Below, in pieces: positions 33,894-46,900 of a DNA stretch of 64,000 nucleotides. The DNA comes from Cyanophora paradoxa CCMP329 (Eukaryota; Plantae; Glaucophyta). Every line of letters begins with the position of its first letter. The first letter of the stretch is position 1. Position numbers and translations under genes: made by a program. The stretch lies in NCBI GenBank assembly GCA_004431415.1, contig QPMI01000049.1:248001-312000 (forward strand). The letters are read 5' to 3'. A model generated the notes under the pieces. It was not told the DNA's origin and made no database searches. It worked only from the letters and a program-made list of their open reading frames with translations.

Positions 33894-34111
33894 CCGTAAA
33901 ACACTTAAGTAATGCGCCGGTAAGTAATGCGTTTTTGGACCCGGACCCCCAGTACGGTTAATTATGCGCCCCCGAATTAATGCGTTTTGTGTCTTCTGGC
34001 AGCGATATTAATGCGCCCCCAAATTAATGCGTTTTGTCAGCGGAAAACGCATTATTTCGGGACCGCATTACTTATATAATTAAGTGCCCGCATTACTTAA
34101 GTGTTTTACGG
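33894..34111. mobile_element. MITE, Tc1/mariner (pogo-like), 218 bp
   Basis: Perfect 23-bp TIR CCGTAAAACACTTAAGTAATGCG, TA on both sides, internal TAATGCG repeats. Confidence 0.9.
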
Positions 34112-34301
34112 TATCATATATACCTATGCAGCGGTGCCACCGTGCCAGCGGCTATGCTAGCCTAGTAGACATTGCTAGTATACTAGTACCGTAGTACTAC
34201 GGTAGTAGAGTCTAAGTAGACTACTAGCCTAGTAGTAGTAGCTATAGTACTAGTACGTCGTCAATGACTCGTCAATGAGTCGTCATCATCGCGAGCTCGA
34301 G

Positions 34302-34505
34302 CACAGCTCGTTTTTTTTACCGGTCGACCCGACAGTGGGGCCGACACGGCCAAATATCCGGTTTCGTTAAATTCCCCTCGGGTTTTCGCAATTCGGAATT
34401 CCCCGGCTTTAGGCTTTAGCTAGTGCAATCTACCCGGTAGCATGCCGGCTACCCTTGCCCATACAACGGGCATGTCGAGTCGATTAGGAAAAACAACGAG
34501 CTGTG
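34302..34505. mobile_element. MITE with CAC..GTG termini (CMC/EnSpm-like), 204 bp
   Basis: TIR CACAGCTCGTT(T/G)TTTTT (16/17 match); AG on both sides as a candidate 2-bp TSD. Confidence 0.75.
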
Positions 34506-34942
34506 AGCTAGCTATAGAGTTTCCAACTGTCCAAAGTTTCCATTGTATGTGAATGGCCTGGCCAGCATGCATACCCCGGTCCCCGGGCCCCGGGGCCGGG
34601 CCCGGGGGGCCCCGGGCCGGCCGCCGAGTCGGCGCCGACCCGGCGCCGGCCGCGCCGCCCGCTGCAGCTGCCAGCTGGGGCCGCCGGCGCCCGGCGCCCG
34701 CCGCCCGGCGCCCGCCCGGGGGCCCGGCCGGGCCGCGCCCCGGGGCCCTGACCGTGCCGGCGCCCGAAAAGGCCCCGATTCCCCCGGGGGGCCCGAATCG
34801 CGAATCCCCGACGGCGCCCGATCGCGAATCGGGATTCGCGAATCGCGATTCGCGATTCGCGATCGCAACTTCAAAGGCTTAAGCTTCGCAAGCGGCCGCG
34901 CTCTAGATCTATATATAGTATCGGTATATCGCGGCGTACGTA

Positions 34943-35441
34943 CTGTAAACGTAGAAATTTTCGTCGAGACTTGATTTCGACAAAACCTGAAAATCGTGAC
35001 GAAAATATGATTCGACAGCATCATATTTTCGTCAGCCCCGCGAATCCTCCATTGACGTGTTACATGTACAAAATTTCAGTTCAAGATTATCAAATACCGT
35101 GTGGCACTATAATACCGCGCCCACTTAATTACCGCGGTACCAAATTACCGCGTCGAGAATTTGGTAAAACGCGGTAATTTGGTACCGCGGTAATTCGCTG
35201 CTGAGACGTCCCCCCATACAGTACCCCCCCGAATAACCGCCCCATACAAGCCTCAAGTTTTTTAAAACGCGGTGATTTGGTACCGCGGTATTTTGGCCAC
35301 CCTCGGGCCGGAGTTTCTAACGCGGTAATTTATGCCGCGGTAATTTAGTGCCACACGGTATTCGTCAAAGCGCTAGCGCTGGTCTGACGAATATAGACGA
35401 AATAAAGACGCTGTCGAAGCTTAAGATTCCTACGTTTACAG
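34943..35441. mobile_element. MITE, Tc1/mariner-like, hosting a nested MITE
   Basis: TIR CTGTAAACGTAG(A/G)AAT(T/C)TT (17/19 match), TA on both sides. Confidence 0.85.
35097..35358. mobile_element. Nested MITE, 262 bp, copy 1
   Basis: TIR CCGTGTGGCACTA(TAA/AAT)TACCGCG (21/23 match), TA TSD, internal TTACCGCGGTACCAAA repeats. Confidence 0.9.
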
Positions 35442-35498
35442 TACGTACTACCACTGTCTACCAGGTACGCGTACGGTGCGGCGTACCGCGGCGTACTA

Positions 35499-35760
35499 CC
35501 GTGTGGCACTAAATTACCGCGGCATAAATTACCGCGGTAAAAACTCCGGCCCGAGGGTGGCCAAAATACCGCGGTACCAAATTACCGCGTTTTAAAAAAC
35601 TTGAGGCTTGTATGGGGAGGTAATTGTGGGGGGTACTGTATGGAGCGAATTGGCTGCAGCATATTACCGCGGTACCAAATTACCGCGTTTTAACAAATTC
35701 TCGGCGCGGTAATTTGGTACCGCGGTAATTAAGTGGGCGCGGTATTATAGTGCCACACGG
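35499..35760. mobile_element. MITE, 262 bp, copy 2 in the opposite orientation
   Basis: Near reverse complement of 35097-35358, same length, TA TSD. Confidence 0.9.
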
Positions 35761-36440
35761 TACGGTACGCCCGGCGGCCGTAGGCCCGTAGTACGGTACC
35801 AGCGTTACGGCGGCGGCGTACCGCGGTCCGCGGCCGCTACCGCCGGGCCGGCGCCGGCGCCGGGCCGGCGCCGGCGGTACCAATTAATTGCAACGTTAAA
35901 ACGGCCGTACCGGTTAATTACTGGCCAGTATAACGATCGCGAACTCTGCGGAGTCTGCGACTCTGCGCGCAATTTAGATATCGATTGCAAGCTGGCGTAC
36001 CGTAGTACGCATTGCTGTTACTAATTATAAGTTGACCGTCGGACCGGACTCGGACGTTCAAACGTGATCCGCCGCCGGACCGCCGGGGCCCGGCCCGCCC
36101 GGGGCGCCGGGGGCGGTCACCGGTGCTTCGCCGAGCTCGACTCCGAGTCGACGACTCGACGTCGAAGACTGTCGAAGCCCGGGCGGCCGCATGCGCGCAG
36201 CGCAGCACAGCCGACTCGGCGAGCTCGAGGCCGCATGCGCGCAGCGCAGCGCAGCGCAGCAGCAGATGTGTACGTGTCCCAGCCTCAGGACCTGCAGCCG
36301 GCAGCCGTCCAGCGCTGTCAGGCCACGCACGGCGCGGGCGCGCGCCGCTCTAAATCGTAGGACGAAGCTGCAATTGTAGATCATTTGCAGCGCCCCCCGA
36401 GGCCTCCGGCCCGCCCCCCGTCCCCCGCCCCCGCCCCAGA

Positions 36441-39400
36441 ATGGCCCTCGAGCCTGCGGCGGTCGCTGGCTTCGCGGGGCTCGCGGCCGAGGCGTGGGCG
36501 GGGGGCGCTGCGCCCAAGGAGCCCGCCGCCTCTGACATGGAGATCGCGCGCCTTGAGCTGGCGGCGCTCTCGACGGCTCCCCGCAGCATCGCCTACTCGC
36601 ACCCGGCGATCGACCCGGCCCCGAGCGGCAGCCCCAGCGCGCGGCCCCGCCGCGGCACGCGCGCTGGCTCGCCCGGCCCCTCCCCCGCCGCGCACTCGGC
36701 CCCGCAGCCGCGCCTCTCCATCCGCGCGTCGTTCCGGGCCCGCCCCGAGGGCCCCGGGCTGTCCGCCGCACTCCCCTTCCTCCCCTCCGCCCTCCTCTCC
36801 TCGCTGCCCGGCCTCGCCCAGCTCGCCAGGGCCGCCCAGGGCGAGCGCGCCACCTCCGCCGCCTTCGAGGGCGCCGTCCTCCTCGTCGACGTGAGCCGTA
36901 CCCCCCCTCTCCTCCCCCCCCTCGCAAGGGGTCCCCTCTCTCACTCACTCCGCCGCCCTGGCGGGATACCCAGGTGAAGAACTTCTCCTCCCTGGCCCGG
37001 TCCCTCGTCTCGGCCCCAGACCGGGTACCCCGCTTCCTGCCCCTCTCCCGCACACGTACATGTACCCCTCCTCTGAGCTTGAGTGCGCAGCTGACGGCGA
37101 CGCTGAGGCGTTACTTTTCCATACTCGTCGCCTGCTTCCACGTCCACGGCGCCGAGGCGGGCCCCGCACTTTCAGATCAGATCAGATCAGATCGGATCAG
37201 ATCTGACCTGACCTGATCTGATCGCGCAGGTGTTGCAGTACGGAGGGGACGCCGTCCTGGCGTTTGTGCCCTGCCGCGCGGGGCGGCCCCTCGGGGCCGC
37301 CGCCGCCGCCGCCGTCCGCGCCGCCATCGAAGTCCGCGCCATCGCGTTCGAATCCGACGGGTTCCGTTTGGAGGCCCACCAGGGCATCGGTACGCCTTCC
37401 CAAAAAATTCAAACCGACTCTACCGGTACCCCCCGAGCGTCTCTTGTTCGCAGGCGTGGGGCAGGTGGACCAGTACCTCCTCCTAGCAGCCTCGGGCAAG
37501 GCGGCCACGCTCGTGTACGCCGGCGACGCCGTCGCGCAGGGTGCAGTACCCCCCTGAGACCGACCGCCCCCCCCCCCAAAAAAACCGCCTCTCACCGGTA
37601 CTCCGCGCCGCCGCAGCGTGCGAGGCGCAGGCGCTCTCCCGGGGTACCGAGGTCCTCCTGTCCCCGGAGGCCTCTACCCTCGTCCAGGGGATCTTCCCCG
37701 TCGAGCCGGTGTACCCCCAAGAGAGGCCGGATGGCTTCGCGGGGGCGGCCGCCCCGCCGGCGCGGACCGCGCATCGGCTGGATCCCGCCGCTTTCCAGGG
37801 CGCCGCCTCAGGCTCTTGGGTGCGGGAGCTCGAGCTTGAGCTTGATCATGAACTCAGGATCGCCGTTTTCTCTCCCGCGCCGATCTGATTGTTCGAATTC
37901 GCAGGCCGCCCGTCGCTCTAGATCTGGCTCGGGGAAGATGCCTCTCACCCTCACGAACCCTTGCTCGTGCGGGACGCCCCTTCCCGCCGGGGAGCGCCCC
38001 CCGGCGGCCCGCTTCCCCGCCCTCGTCCCCTACTCCGACGTGCTCCTCGCTCTCGCCCCGGGTACGTATACGTGCGCGCGCGCGCGCGCGCGACCCCGCG
38101 GCCGTTCCTTCGCTCTTCGCTCTGGATCGATTCGGAGCCGTCCAGGAGCGGCGGCGTGGGGTACAGCCGATGTGGGGGCCGTTCGTCCGGCCTTTGTCGT
38201 CTTCGGTACGGCCCGCGCCGCCCCGCGCTCGCCCCTCACTGACGCAGCGGGTCACACGCGCGCGCGCGCGCGCTCGGCAGCCGCCTTCCCGTGAGTCCCG
38301 CCCCCCCCTCCCCCACCGCACTTCGTTCGCCCTGGAACCCGCTTCGTTCGCAGGGAGCTGGACCTCTCGCGGCTCCAGCGGCTGGCCCAGCGGCTCGGCG
38401 GCTCGGGCTCCGACGGGGCCCTCGAGCGGAAGCAGGCCACCGCCCGCCACGCCGCCCGCTTTGGGCAGGCGCGCGCGCCCCGCTAAGATTCGATCCTTGG
38501 AGATTCGAATTCGAGCTAATTTTGATTTGCCCCGCGCGGATTCGAGCGCAGGTCGCGAGGGCGGTCCACCGCCTCGCCGCCGAGTGGGGCGGCCACTGCA
38601 ACAAGGCGAGACTAGATCTCCAAGATTCGATCCGATTCGATCCGGATTTGATCCGAGGCGTCGTCCCTCAGGTCTTCGCTGACGAGAAGGGAGCGTCCGC
38701 GCTCCTGGGCTTTGGGGTCGCCGGCTCGAGCCACGAGGACGGTGCGGGGATGCCGCCCGCGCATGCGCATGCGCAGCGAGACGGGAGCCTCAGAATATCT
38801 GAGATCTAGAGGGCGTGCCGTGCGCGGGGTACAGACGCGGAGCGCGCGGTGCGGGCCGCGCTGGCGCTGCAGCACTGGTTCGCCGAGGGGCGCGCCCCCT
38901 TCGCCTGCGGCGTGCGTACCCCCCTCTTTGATTAATTTTTCTCGGGCCTCTCCGCCGAGCCCCTGCTTCGTTCGCAGGTGGCGGGGGGTAGGGTCTTCGC
39001 GGGCGCTCTCGGCTCCGAGTGCCGCCAGGAGTTCGGCATGATCGGCGACGCGGTACCCCCGCCTCGTCTTCCCCCCCCCTTATCTTACGCTTCGCCCGCG
39101 CCGGGTACCCCCCAGGTGATCCTGGCGTCTCGTCTGATGTGCGCGGCTCGGGGCGAGGAGGAAGCCGGCAAGGCCACGGTTCGCTCCAACGCGCGGGGAC
39201 GGACGGCTATAAATAGGCTAGGGGGGAGGGGGGGGGGTTTCAGCCACCTCCCGCGGAGGCGGCTCGCACGCTCGTAAGCCTGCAACTCAGAGGGGATATG
39301 CGCTGCCGTGTCTAGATCTGCCCGCGGCCTCCCCCAGAGCGGAACCCGCCGCACAGCTACGCCTAGCCTGAAACGAAGACGTCTGGTTTGATGTTTATCG

Positions 39401-40910
39401 CTGCGGCGCGGCCGGGCGGGCAGGCGGCGCAGCGGACGCTGTGCGATGAGGCCGTCCGCGAGGCGGTCCTCTCCCTCGCCGCCTCCCGCGGTCCGTCCCG
39501 CCCCGCCCCGCCCCGCCCCGCCCCCCCCTCAAAATTCCGCCCCGCCCCGGCACGGACTCTCTACTGAGATCTAGAGCTGTTCCTCGAGAGAGGCCCGCCC
39601 CGAACCCTCGAGCTTAAGTTTGAGGCGCCATATCTGAAACTAAGCAACATTTAAAACATTTAATTGAGCTCAGCACTCCGCCCCGCTCGGACTCTCTCCT
39701 GAGAGTCCGTGAGAGGGCGTGCCGGTTTTCGCTCTGATTCGCCGCGCGCCGGCGCGCCCTCCGCAGGGCGGCGGCCGACGGTCGCCTTCGACGCGCTGGC
39801 GCCCGTCACGTGCAAGGGCTTCCCCCACCCCCTCCACGTGCGCGCGCCCGCTCACCCGAGCCCCGCCCGCTATGTTTGGCTTCGTTCGCAACCCGCGGTC
39901 GCCCGGCCGGCGGCCGCGGCCCGCCTCTCTGATCGCGGGCCGGGCGGGGGTACCGGTAGGTCTTTTGCCCGCGGGAGCGGGGCGAGGGCGAGGGGGCGAC
40001 GGCTTCGGAGGCGGACACGGCGAGCGACTCGGGCGCCGGCACGGGCCCCCGCCCCCCTCGGGCGCCGGCGCAGGCCGCCTCGGCCGCCTCTCCCGATCCG
40101 GACCGCGAGGCGCCGCGCACGCCAAAGACTCCCAAGACGCCGCGCTCGCCCTTGGGCGCGGGGGCGGCCGGCGCCGGCCGCGACTGCGACCCCGCGCCGC
40201 CTTCTCCGCCTCCGTGTCGGCCAAGGGCGGCTGCTTCGGGTTCAGGTTCAGCTTCCGCCGGCTGGGCCTGCACGCTCCCGCCCTCGTCGGCGCGCCCGGC
40301 CCCGTCTCATTGTCGAAGCTCCTCATCGATTCGCTTTCTAAGTAGCCTCGCAGGGCGGCGGGACGAGGTGGCGGCGGCGCGGCGGGCGCTGGCGGGCGCC
40401 GCGGCGGCGCGGCGCGGCCTCACGGTGGTCGTCGAGGCAGAGGCCGGGCTCGGTCCGCGCCCGGCCCCACCCGGCGGCCGCCCCTATAATAACTTCCTGT
40501 TTGAATTCACGGCTTGAACTGACTGACACGGCCTGATCCCTCCGCCGGCTTCGAATTCGATCCGCGGCAGGCAAGACCGCTCTGCTACAGGCGCGCCCGG
40601 CCCGGACCAACTCCCGCGCCCCGCGCCCCTCGCCGATCGCGACTGTCTGACCGGCGGCGCCGCCCGCCCGCCCGCCCGGCGCGCGCAGGAGGTGCAGCGG
40701 GAGTGCTTCCAGCGGGGGGTCACAGTCCTGCGCACCGCAGCCGAGGCGACCGAGGTAGGAACAAAACGAAACACGATTGCTGCTCGGCTCTGGATCTAGA
40801 TCTGTCGGACCGTTAACGCGGAGGATCGATGTCGCACTCGCTCTAGATCCGAGCTCTAGATCTTAAGGCCTCGCCCCGCGCGCTTCCTCCTGGGTCCGAC
40901 GGTCCCCGCG

Positions 40911-40948
<38 letters not shown>

Positions 40949-43900
40949 CCTGCACTAGGTATTCCTGGTCGCGCCTCGAATTCCTCCCAATCGATTTCCG
41001 GTGCGCAGGAGGCGACGCCGTTCTGGGCGCTGCGCCGCCTCGTCCGCTCCATCGCCGACGCCTCCAGGTGCCGCCCCGCCCCCCTTCTTTTCAGCTTGCT
41101 CTCAGCCGGACCGCCCCTTCCCCTCTTCTCCCCTGCAGCCGGGACGCGTTCTGCGGGCGGCTGGAGGGGCGCGGACTGCTCTCCCGCGACGACGCCTCCG
41201 AGCTCTGGTCCGGTCTCTTTGACGAGGTGCGCCCCGATCCGAGCGCGGCGGTTCTCTGGTCTATAATTAGCCATGGGAAGGGTGTGCGAGTGGACGGATT
41301 GGATTAGAACGCGGGTGCTAGAGCTGGGACGGGTCCTAGAATTAGAATCAGCTGATTCAAATTAGAATTAGATTGGATTGAAATGCGGAGGGGGGCCTGG
41401 ATCGGCCCTGCATCGGGGAGGAAAGTCCCCCACCCGGCCCAGCCTGCCCCGCGCCGGCCCGGCCGCGGCCGTCGGTCCGGTCGTGAACGCCGGGCGCGTC
41501 CCGCCGCGCAGGCGAAGAGCACTGCGGACTCTGAATCGGCGACCGACGCCGACGCCGCCGACGGCCGCGGCCGCGAGGTGCGTCGTCGCTCCGCGGGCGC
41601 CCCTCCGTGCGGAAGGAAGCTTAAGGAAGGGGTTCGATCGGCCTCGCCTCGTACCTGGCCTCGTACCTGCGTGCGCCAGCCGCCCGGGACGGTTAGAGTT
41701 GATAAAGGACACCCAGTGCAAGCAAGTCTTCGCGCCTCGAGGTCGAAAGATAGAAGGCCGCCGCTCCGCCCAGGAGCCCGCCTCGCGCTACGCGTCCTCA
41801 GTGACCGCCACCCCCCATAAGGCCCTCAACCCTTATCTCCGCCGCTCCGCGCGGAAGGAAGGAAGGGGTTCGATCGGCCTCGCGCAGCCCCAGCCGCGGC
41901 CGCAGTTGCCTCGAGCTCCGCCTACGGAGGAGGACGACGAGCCCGACCTGCCCGGCGGGCGCTTTGAGTTCGGCCGCCGCGGCAGCTACGAGGGCCGGCC
42001 CCGCCGCCTCTCCGCCTCCAGGCACTCCCTCCCCCCCTCCCCCCTTCACCTCCCCCCCCGTCTTACCCCGTACCCCCAGCTCGGCGTCGCACGAGAGCGG
42101 GGTGCTGGCCCCCGTCACGCGCATCCTCGGGCAGCTCGTGCGCCTCTCATTCGATCGATCCCGATCGCAATCGCGTTCGATCCCGAAAACGGCGACGCCG
42201 GCAGGTCCGAGCGCTCGAGGCGGAGCGGGCCCACGCGCCCGTCGGGGACCCGGACCCGCCGGAGGGCCGCGAGGGCCGCCCGCGCTCCCTCGAGCTCTGC
42301 CCCCCCGCCGCCGTGCGCCGTACCCCCCTCTGAGCCCCCCCGTCTTCGAATTTGACTGAGGCGCGCGGGCTGCGAACGAAGGTCGCCGTCTTCTGCGAGG
42401 ACGTCCAGTGGGTACGCCGATGTTTCGTTTTTGTCTCTACCCCCGGCCCCGTTCCCGGATGCGAAGCGAACGGACTGCGTTCCTGGCCAGCTCGACCCGT
42501 CCTCCTGGTTCGTCCTGCGGCAACTTCGCGACGCGTGCCCCCGCCTCGTGGTGCCGTACCCCACTTTGCACCTCTCTTTTCATCCGCTCTCCCAGTTCGC
42601 TTTTCTCACGAAGCTCTACCCCCAGCTGGTCTTCTCGCTCCGCATCCAGCCCGAGCGGGAGCCTCCCGTGCACGTCCTCGTCTTGCTGGGGTACATCGCC
42701 GAGGTGCGCTGACCCCCCCCCCTCAACCCCCTCCTCCCCCCCCCTCTTCTCCCCTCCCCGCCCCTTCTGATCGGTGCAGGCGTCCTCGCCCCTGGACGCG
42801 GCCGGGGCCGACCACGACGTCGACGTGAGCCCCGCTTGGCTCAGCTCATCTGAGCTCATCTGAACCCGAGCAGGCCCCGGACTCCGGGCGTACGGGGGTG
42901 CAAACGTCGCCGCGCGATCCGGGGGCCGCCTCGGCGCAGGGGGTATCGGGATCTTTCCTGCAGCTGGTCTCGGACGTCACGCCGCCCCCCACGAACCCGT
43001 TCACCAGCCCGACTCTGGGGGCGGCCCCCGCGCCGGACCACGGCCACCACCGCCCCGGCTCGCTCGCCCACATGCCCTCTCTGGATCTTGGGAGCGGCCG
43101 CGGCCGGCGGGCGGGGCCGGGCGGATCGGCCCCGCTCGTCCGGCTGGGCACCGACCCCCGGCGCCCCTTCGACGTACTCCACGTCCGCCTGGGGCCCCTG
43201 TCCCCCGCCGACTCGCTCGAGCTCCTCACGGTACCCCCCTCCTCTCATTCCCCCCCTCCCCCCCTTGACCTTCTTGAACCGACGCCGACGCTCGTCCCGG
43301 CAGAGCGTATCGAGCCGCGCCATGATCCAATGGAAGCAGGTCCGCGCGACCGGCCCCCCGGGGGGCCCAGCCCTCCGGAGTGTTCCGCGGCCGATCGGTC
43401 CTTTCCCCCCTCTCGTTCCCCCCCCCCCCCCCCCCCCCCCGCAGAGCGACGTGGACGTGGTGCTACAGAAGGCGGGCGGCGTACCCCTCTTCCTCGTCGA
43501 GATCGTCCGCGCCGCCTCCCAGGTGGGACCCGGCCCCCGGCCGCCGCTTCGAATCCAGGGCCGACCGGCCGGCTGATCTCGCGGCAGGCGGCTGGCGGGG
43601 GGCGGACGCGGCGCTCGAGCTCGATCCGGGCCTCCGTCGACGCCGACGTGCTCGTCCCCGACACGGTACCCCCCCTTCCCTCCCCCCCCTCCCCCCCCGC
43701 CGACGTTTGCCGGGGTACGTGTACAGGTCCAGCAGCTCCACCTGGCCAACTTCGACCGCCTTTCGCCCGGCGCCCAGCAGGTGCCCGTCCAGCCGGGGTG
43801 GGGGATGGGGGCGGGAGTCGGGAAGGGATGGATGCGCGTGGGCCGGGTTGCGCGCGGGCGGGCGCCGGCGGTCGCGCGCGGGGCCCACTGCCCAAGTTTT

Positions 43901-46900
43901 CAAGCTCCTCCTCCGCTCACTCTCCCGGCTCGCACTCCCGGGCGGCAGGTGGCGCGGGTGGCGTCCGTCGTCGACAGCAACTTCACCATCGAGGTCAGCC
44001 CAGATTCGGGCCCTGATGAGCTTCCTCTAGCATCGCTCTAAAGAAATCTAGAGCTTCGAATTCGAATTCGCGTGCTTTGAATTCGTCAGCCCCGATTCAC
44101 GGGCTTCGAATCCGTCTGGCATAGCTCTATAGGGAGCTAGGGACCGCCACGACGTTCCAGCAATATTCCCTGATGCCCGGGCCGGGAAAAGAAAGCTTGC
44201 TGACGGGGGGCGGGCAGGGGATCCGGCGGGCGGCACCGGAGGGACCCGACGCCGTGACCACCGCCTTCGTCATCTCCGCCTTCCTTCAGGTCCCCGCAGC
44301 CCCGCGGCCCCGCCCCCGCGTTTCAAGTTTCTAGCCTGCCTTACGGGCGCCGGGAGACTTGAGCTTATCATAATAGGGGCGCAACGCACGCAACGCGCAC
44401 GCAGCCGACGCACTCATTTCATGATCGATCATACGTGAATCTAGATCTTCGCCGCCTAGGTCTTTCTGAACGTAGCCATAGGTTATTATTCTCCAGCGCA
44501 AGCTTTTAAGCATTATAGCCTTTGCGTAGCGTAATTTGAGCCCGGGTGGCGCAGCTGCGGGGGGCGGGGGTGATCCAAGCGAACGGGGCGGGCGGGGGCT
44601 CCGCCGGCACCGACCTCGACGAGCAGGTGCGCCCCGCAGGGCCCGCGAGGCGGGGCCCGGGTCGGGGGCCCCTGTCTAGCGCTGTCTAGCGGTCCAAGCG
44701 GGGCCGGCGCCCCGCCGGCGCCTCCGACCGAGCTGAGCGTTTCATTGCGGGCAGGTGGACCCGGCGGGGTTCGAGGAGGAGGACTTCGGGGCGTGGCCGA
44801 TCGTCACCGAGCCCTTCAACTTTCGCAACAGCACCTACAAGGCCCGCCCAGATCTAGATCTAGAGCAGAGCCTTAACGCCGGCTGCCTTTGATTGACAAG
44901 GGCCACAAACACCCGCTTACAAGCACCTTAGTCACACGCTGCTTTTATAATGCGAAGCACCTACAAGGCCCGCCCCGCTCGCCCCGCGCTCTAGATCTAG
45001 AGCGGAGCATATATATGTAGATCTAGATACACGCTGCCTTTGATTTATGGCCCTTGATTTTTTTTTGATTTTTGCACCTGCCCGCCCGCCCCGCGTTAGC
45101 TTCAATATTTTAGTGCATGCCGCCTTCAACTTCTTCGACTAATGTATGCTGGCTACGACTTCTCTGACTCGGTCGCGCAGGACGCGATCTACGGGAGCAT
45201 CCCCGAGCAGCAGCGGCGCGAGGCGCGCCGCGCCGCCCCGCCCCATCCCCGCCGGCGCCCGCCCGCCCGCCCCGCGACCTGGGCCTAGGCCTAGGCCTAG
45301 GCCGCCTGGCCCAGATCTAGTTTCGCGCACCGCGGCCGTCGCTTGCTTGGGCCGTCGTTCCGCCCCTGACGCCCCGCCCCCCGCCCCCCGCCCCCCGCCG
45401 CAGGTGCACGGGCGGCACGCGGCGTGGCTCGAGTCGGACCCGCGCCGCGCCCTCTCCGAGTCCGCCGGCCTCGCGTGCGCAGTTGTACACGTACCCCGGC
45501 AGCCTCTATACCCTCCGGGGCCTCGACATGTACCACCCTAGGCCTCGGCCTTGGAGCCGCGAGCTAGTTATAGACGCCTCGATATCATCCTCGAGCTCGG
45601 CCCTGGCCTTCCTCCGGATCATATGACCTGGGTTCGGCAGGCTGCACTGGGCGCGGGCGGGGGAGCCGCTGCGCGCCCTCCCGCACCTGGAGCGGGCCGG
45701 CCGCCGCGCCTACGAGACCCTCTCCCTCTCCCAGGTGCCCGGGGGTGATCGAGAAGCTAAGCTAGAGTCCTCGAACGAATCTCTGAGATCCGATAAGTTT
45801 CAGCTTAGAGCTTGTCTTAGTAAACTCAGCTTAGAGCTTGTCCAGTGTCTAAACTAAACTAAACCGATGGCATCTAACAATCTGCTCTGCAGGCGCGGAC
45901 GATGATGGCGGGGGCGGGGGCGGCCGTGGAGATGCTGGGCCTCGCCGGCCCCGGGGCCCGCTTCCTTCCCCCCGAGCTCCGCGCCGCCGCCCCGGTCCCG
46001 CTCCGCGGCCCGCCCCGCGCCGCCCCGGCCCCGGCCCCGGCGCCCCCGAGCGACGCCGACGACGAAGCCGACGGTCCCGAGGCCGACCGGTGCGCGCGGC
46101 GGGCGCGCCCTAGGCAACAACAAAAACCCAAAGCAGACGGGAACCGTGCTGCTCTGCTAACTATATGTAACCAGGTGGAGCGCGGGGGGCTCCATCTCGG
46201 GATCGAGCGCGTGCTGGAGGGCGGTCCCCGCGGAGGAGGCGGAGCGGTGGCGGCTGGCGCGCCTCGCGGCCCTGCGCACGTGGGCATTCGCCGAGTTCCG
46301 CCTGGGGCGCCACTCCGCCGCCTCCGACCTCGCCGTGCGCCCCGTCCAGTCGGAGCTCTAGCCTCTAGATATAAGAGCTTATACTTGCTATAATTGATAA
46401 TCTCCTTGCTATAGCTATAGCTCCTTGGTATTCAGCTCTGGCCGTTGCTCTTAGTTCCGCCTCCAAGGCTCGCGATCGGCCGCCGCCCCGCCGCCTCCGA
46501 CCCGATCGCGAGTCGGAGCTCTGGATCTAATTAGATCTAATTATAAGAGCTTATAGCTGTGAATAATCTCCTTGCCCCGAGTTCCTTTAGTTAGCTCTAG
46601 ATTCAGTCGTTGCGCCGCGATCGCTCGCTTTACTTTCGCCGCAATTGATGTCGACATCGCTCACGTTCCGGCGCTATGCTCCCTCGCCGCGCAGACGCTG
46701 TGCCTGGAGAACTTGGGAGAGGCGCTGCCCACCCCGACATCCGCGGGGCCCATCGCCGGCCTCCGTGCGCTCGTATAATCGAATCACTCAAAGCCCACTG
46801 ACCGCGAAGAGCTCAAATCTAACATAAAACCGAATCTTCCTTGCGCTTACGCTGAATCTTAAGCGTAGCTTGGCTCTCTTGTTGAGCCTAGTACTAGTAC

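Noticed and set aside
35097-35760. CRISPR-like array of TTACCGCGGTACCAAA units
   Set aside because: Irregular spacing, both orientations, enclosed by TIRs and TA duplications, no cas genes, eukaryotic context.
44010-44065. Hammerhead ribozyme at CTGATGA
   Set aside because: No stem II followed directly by GAAA and no matching stems I and III.
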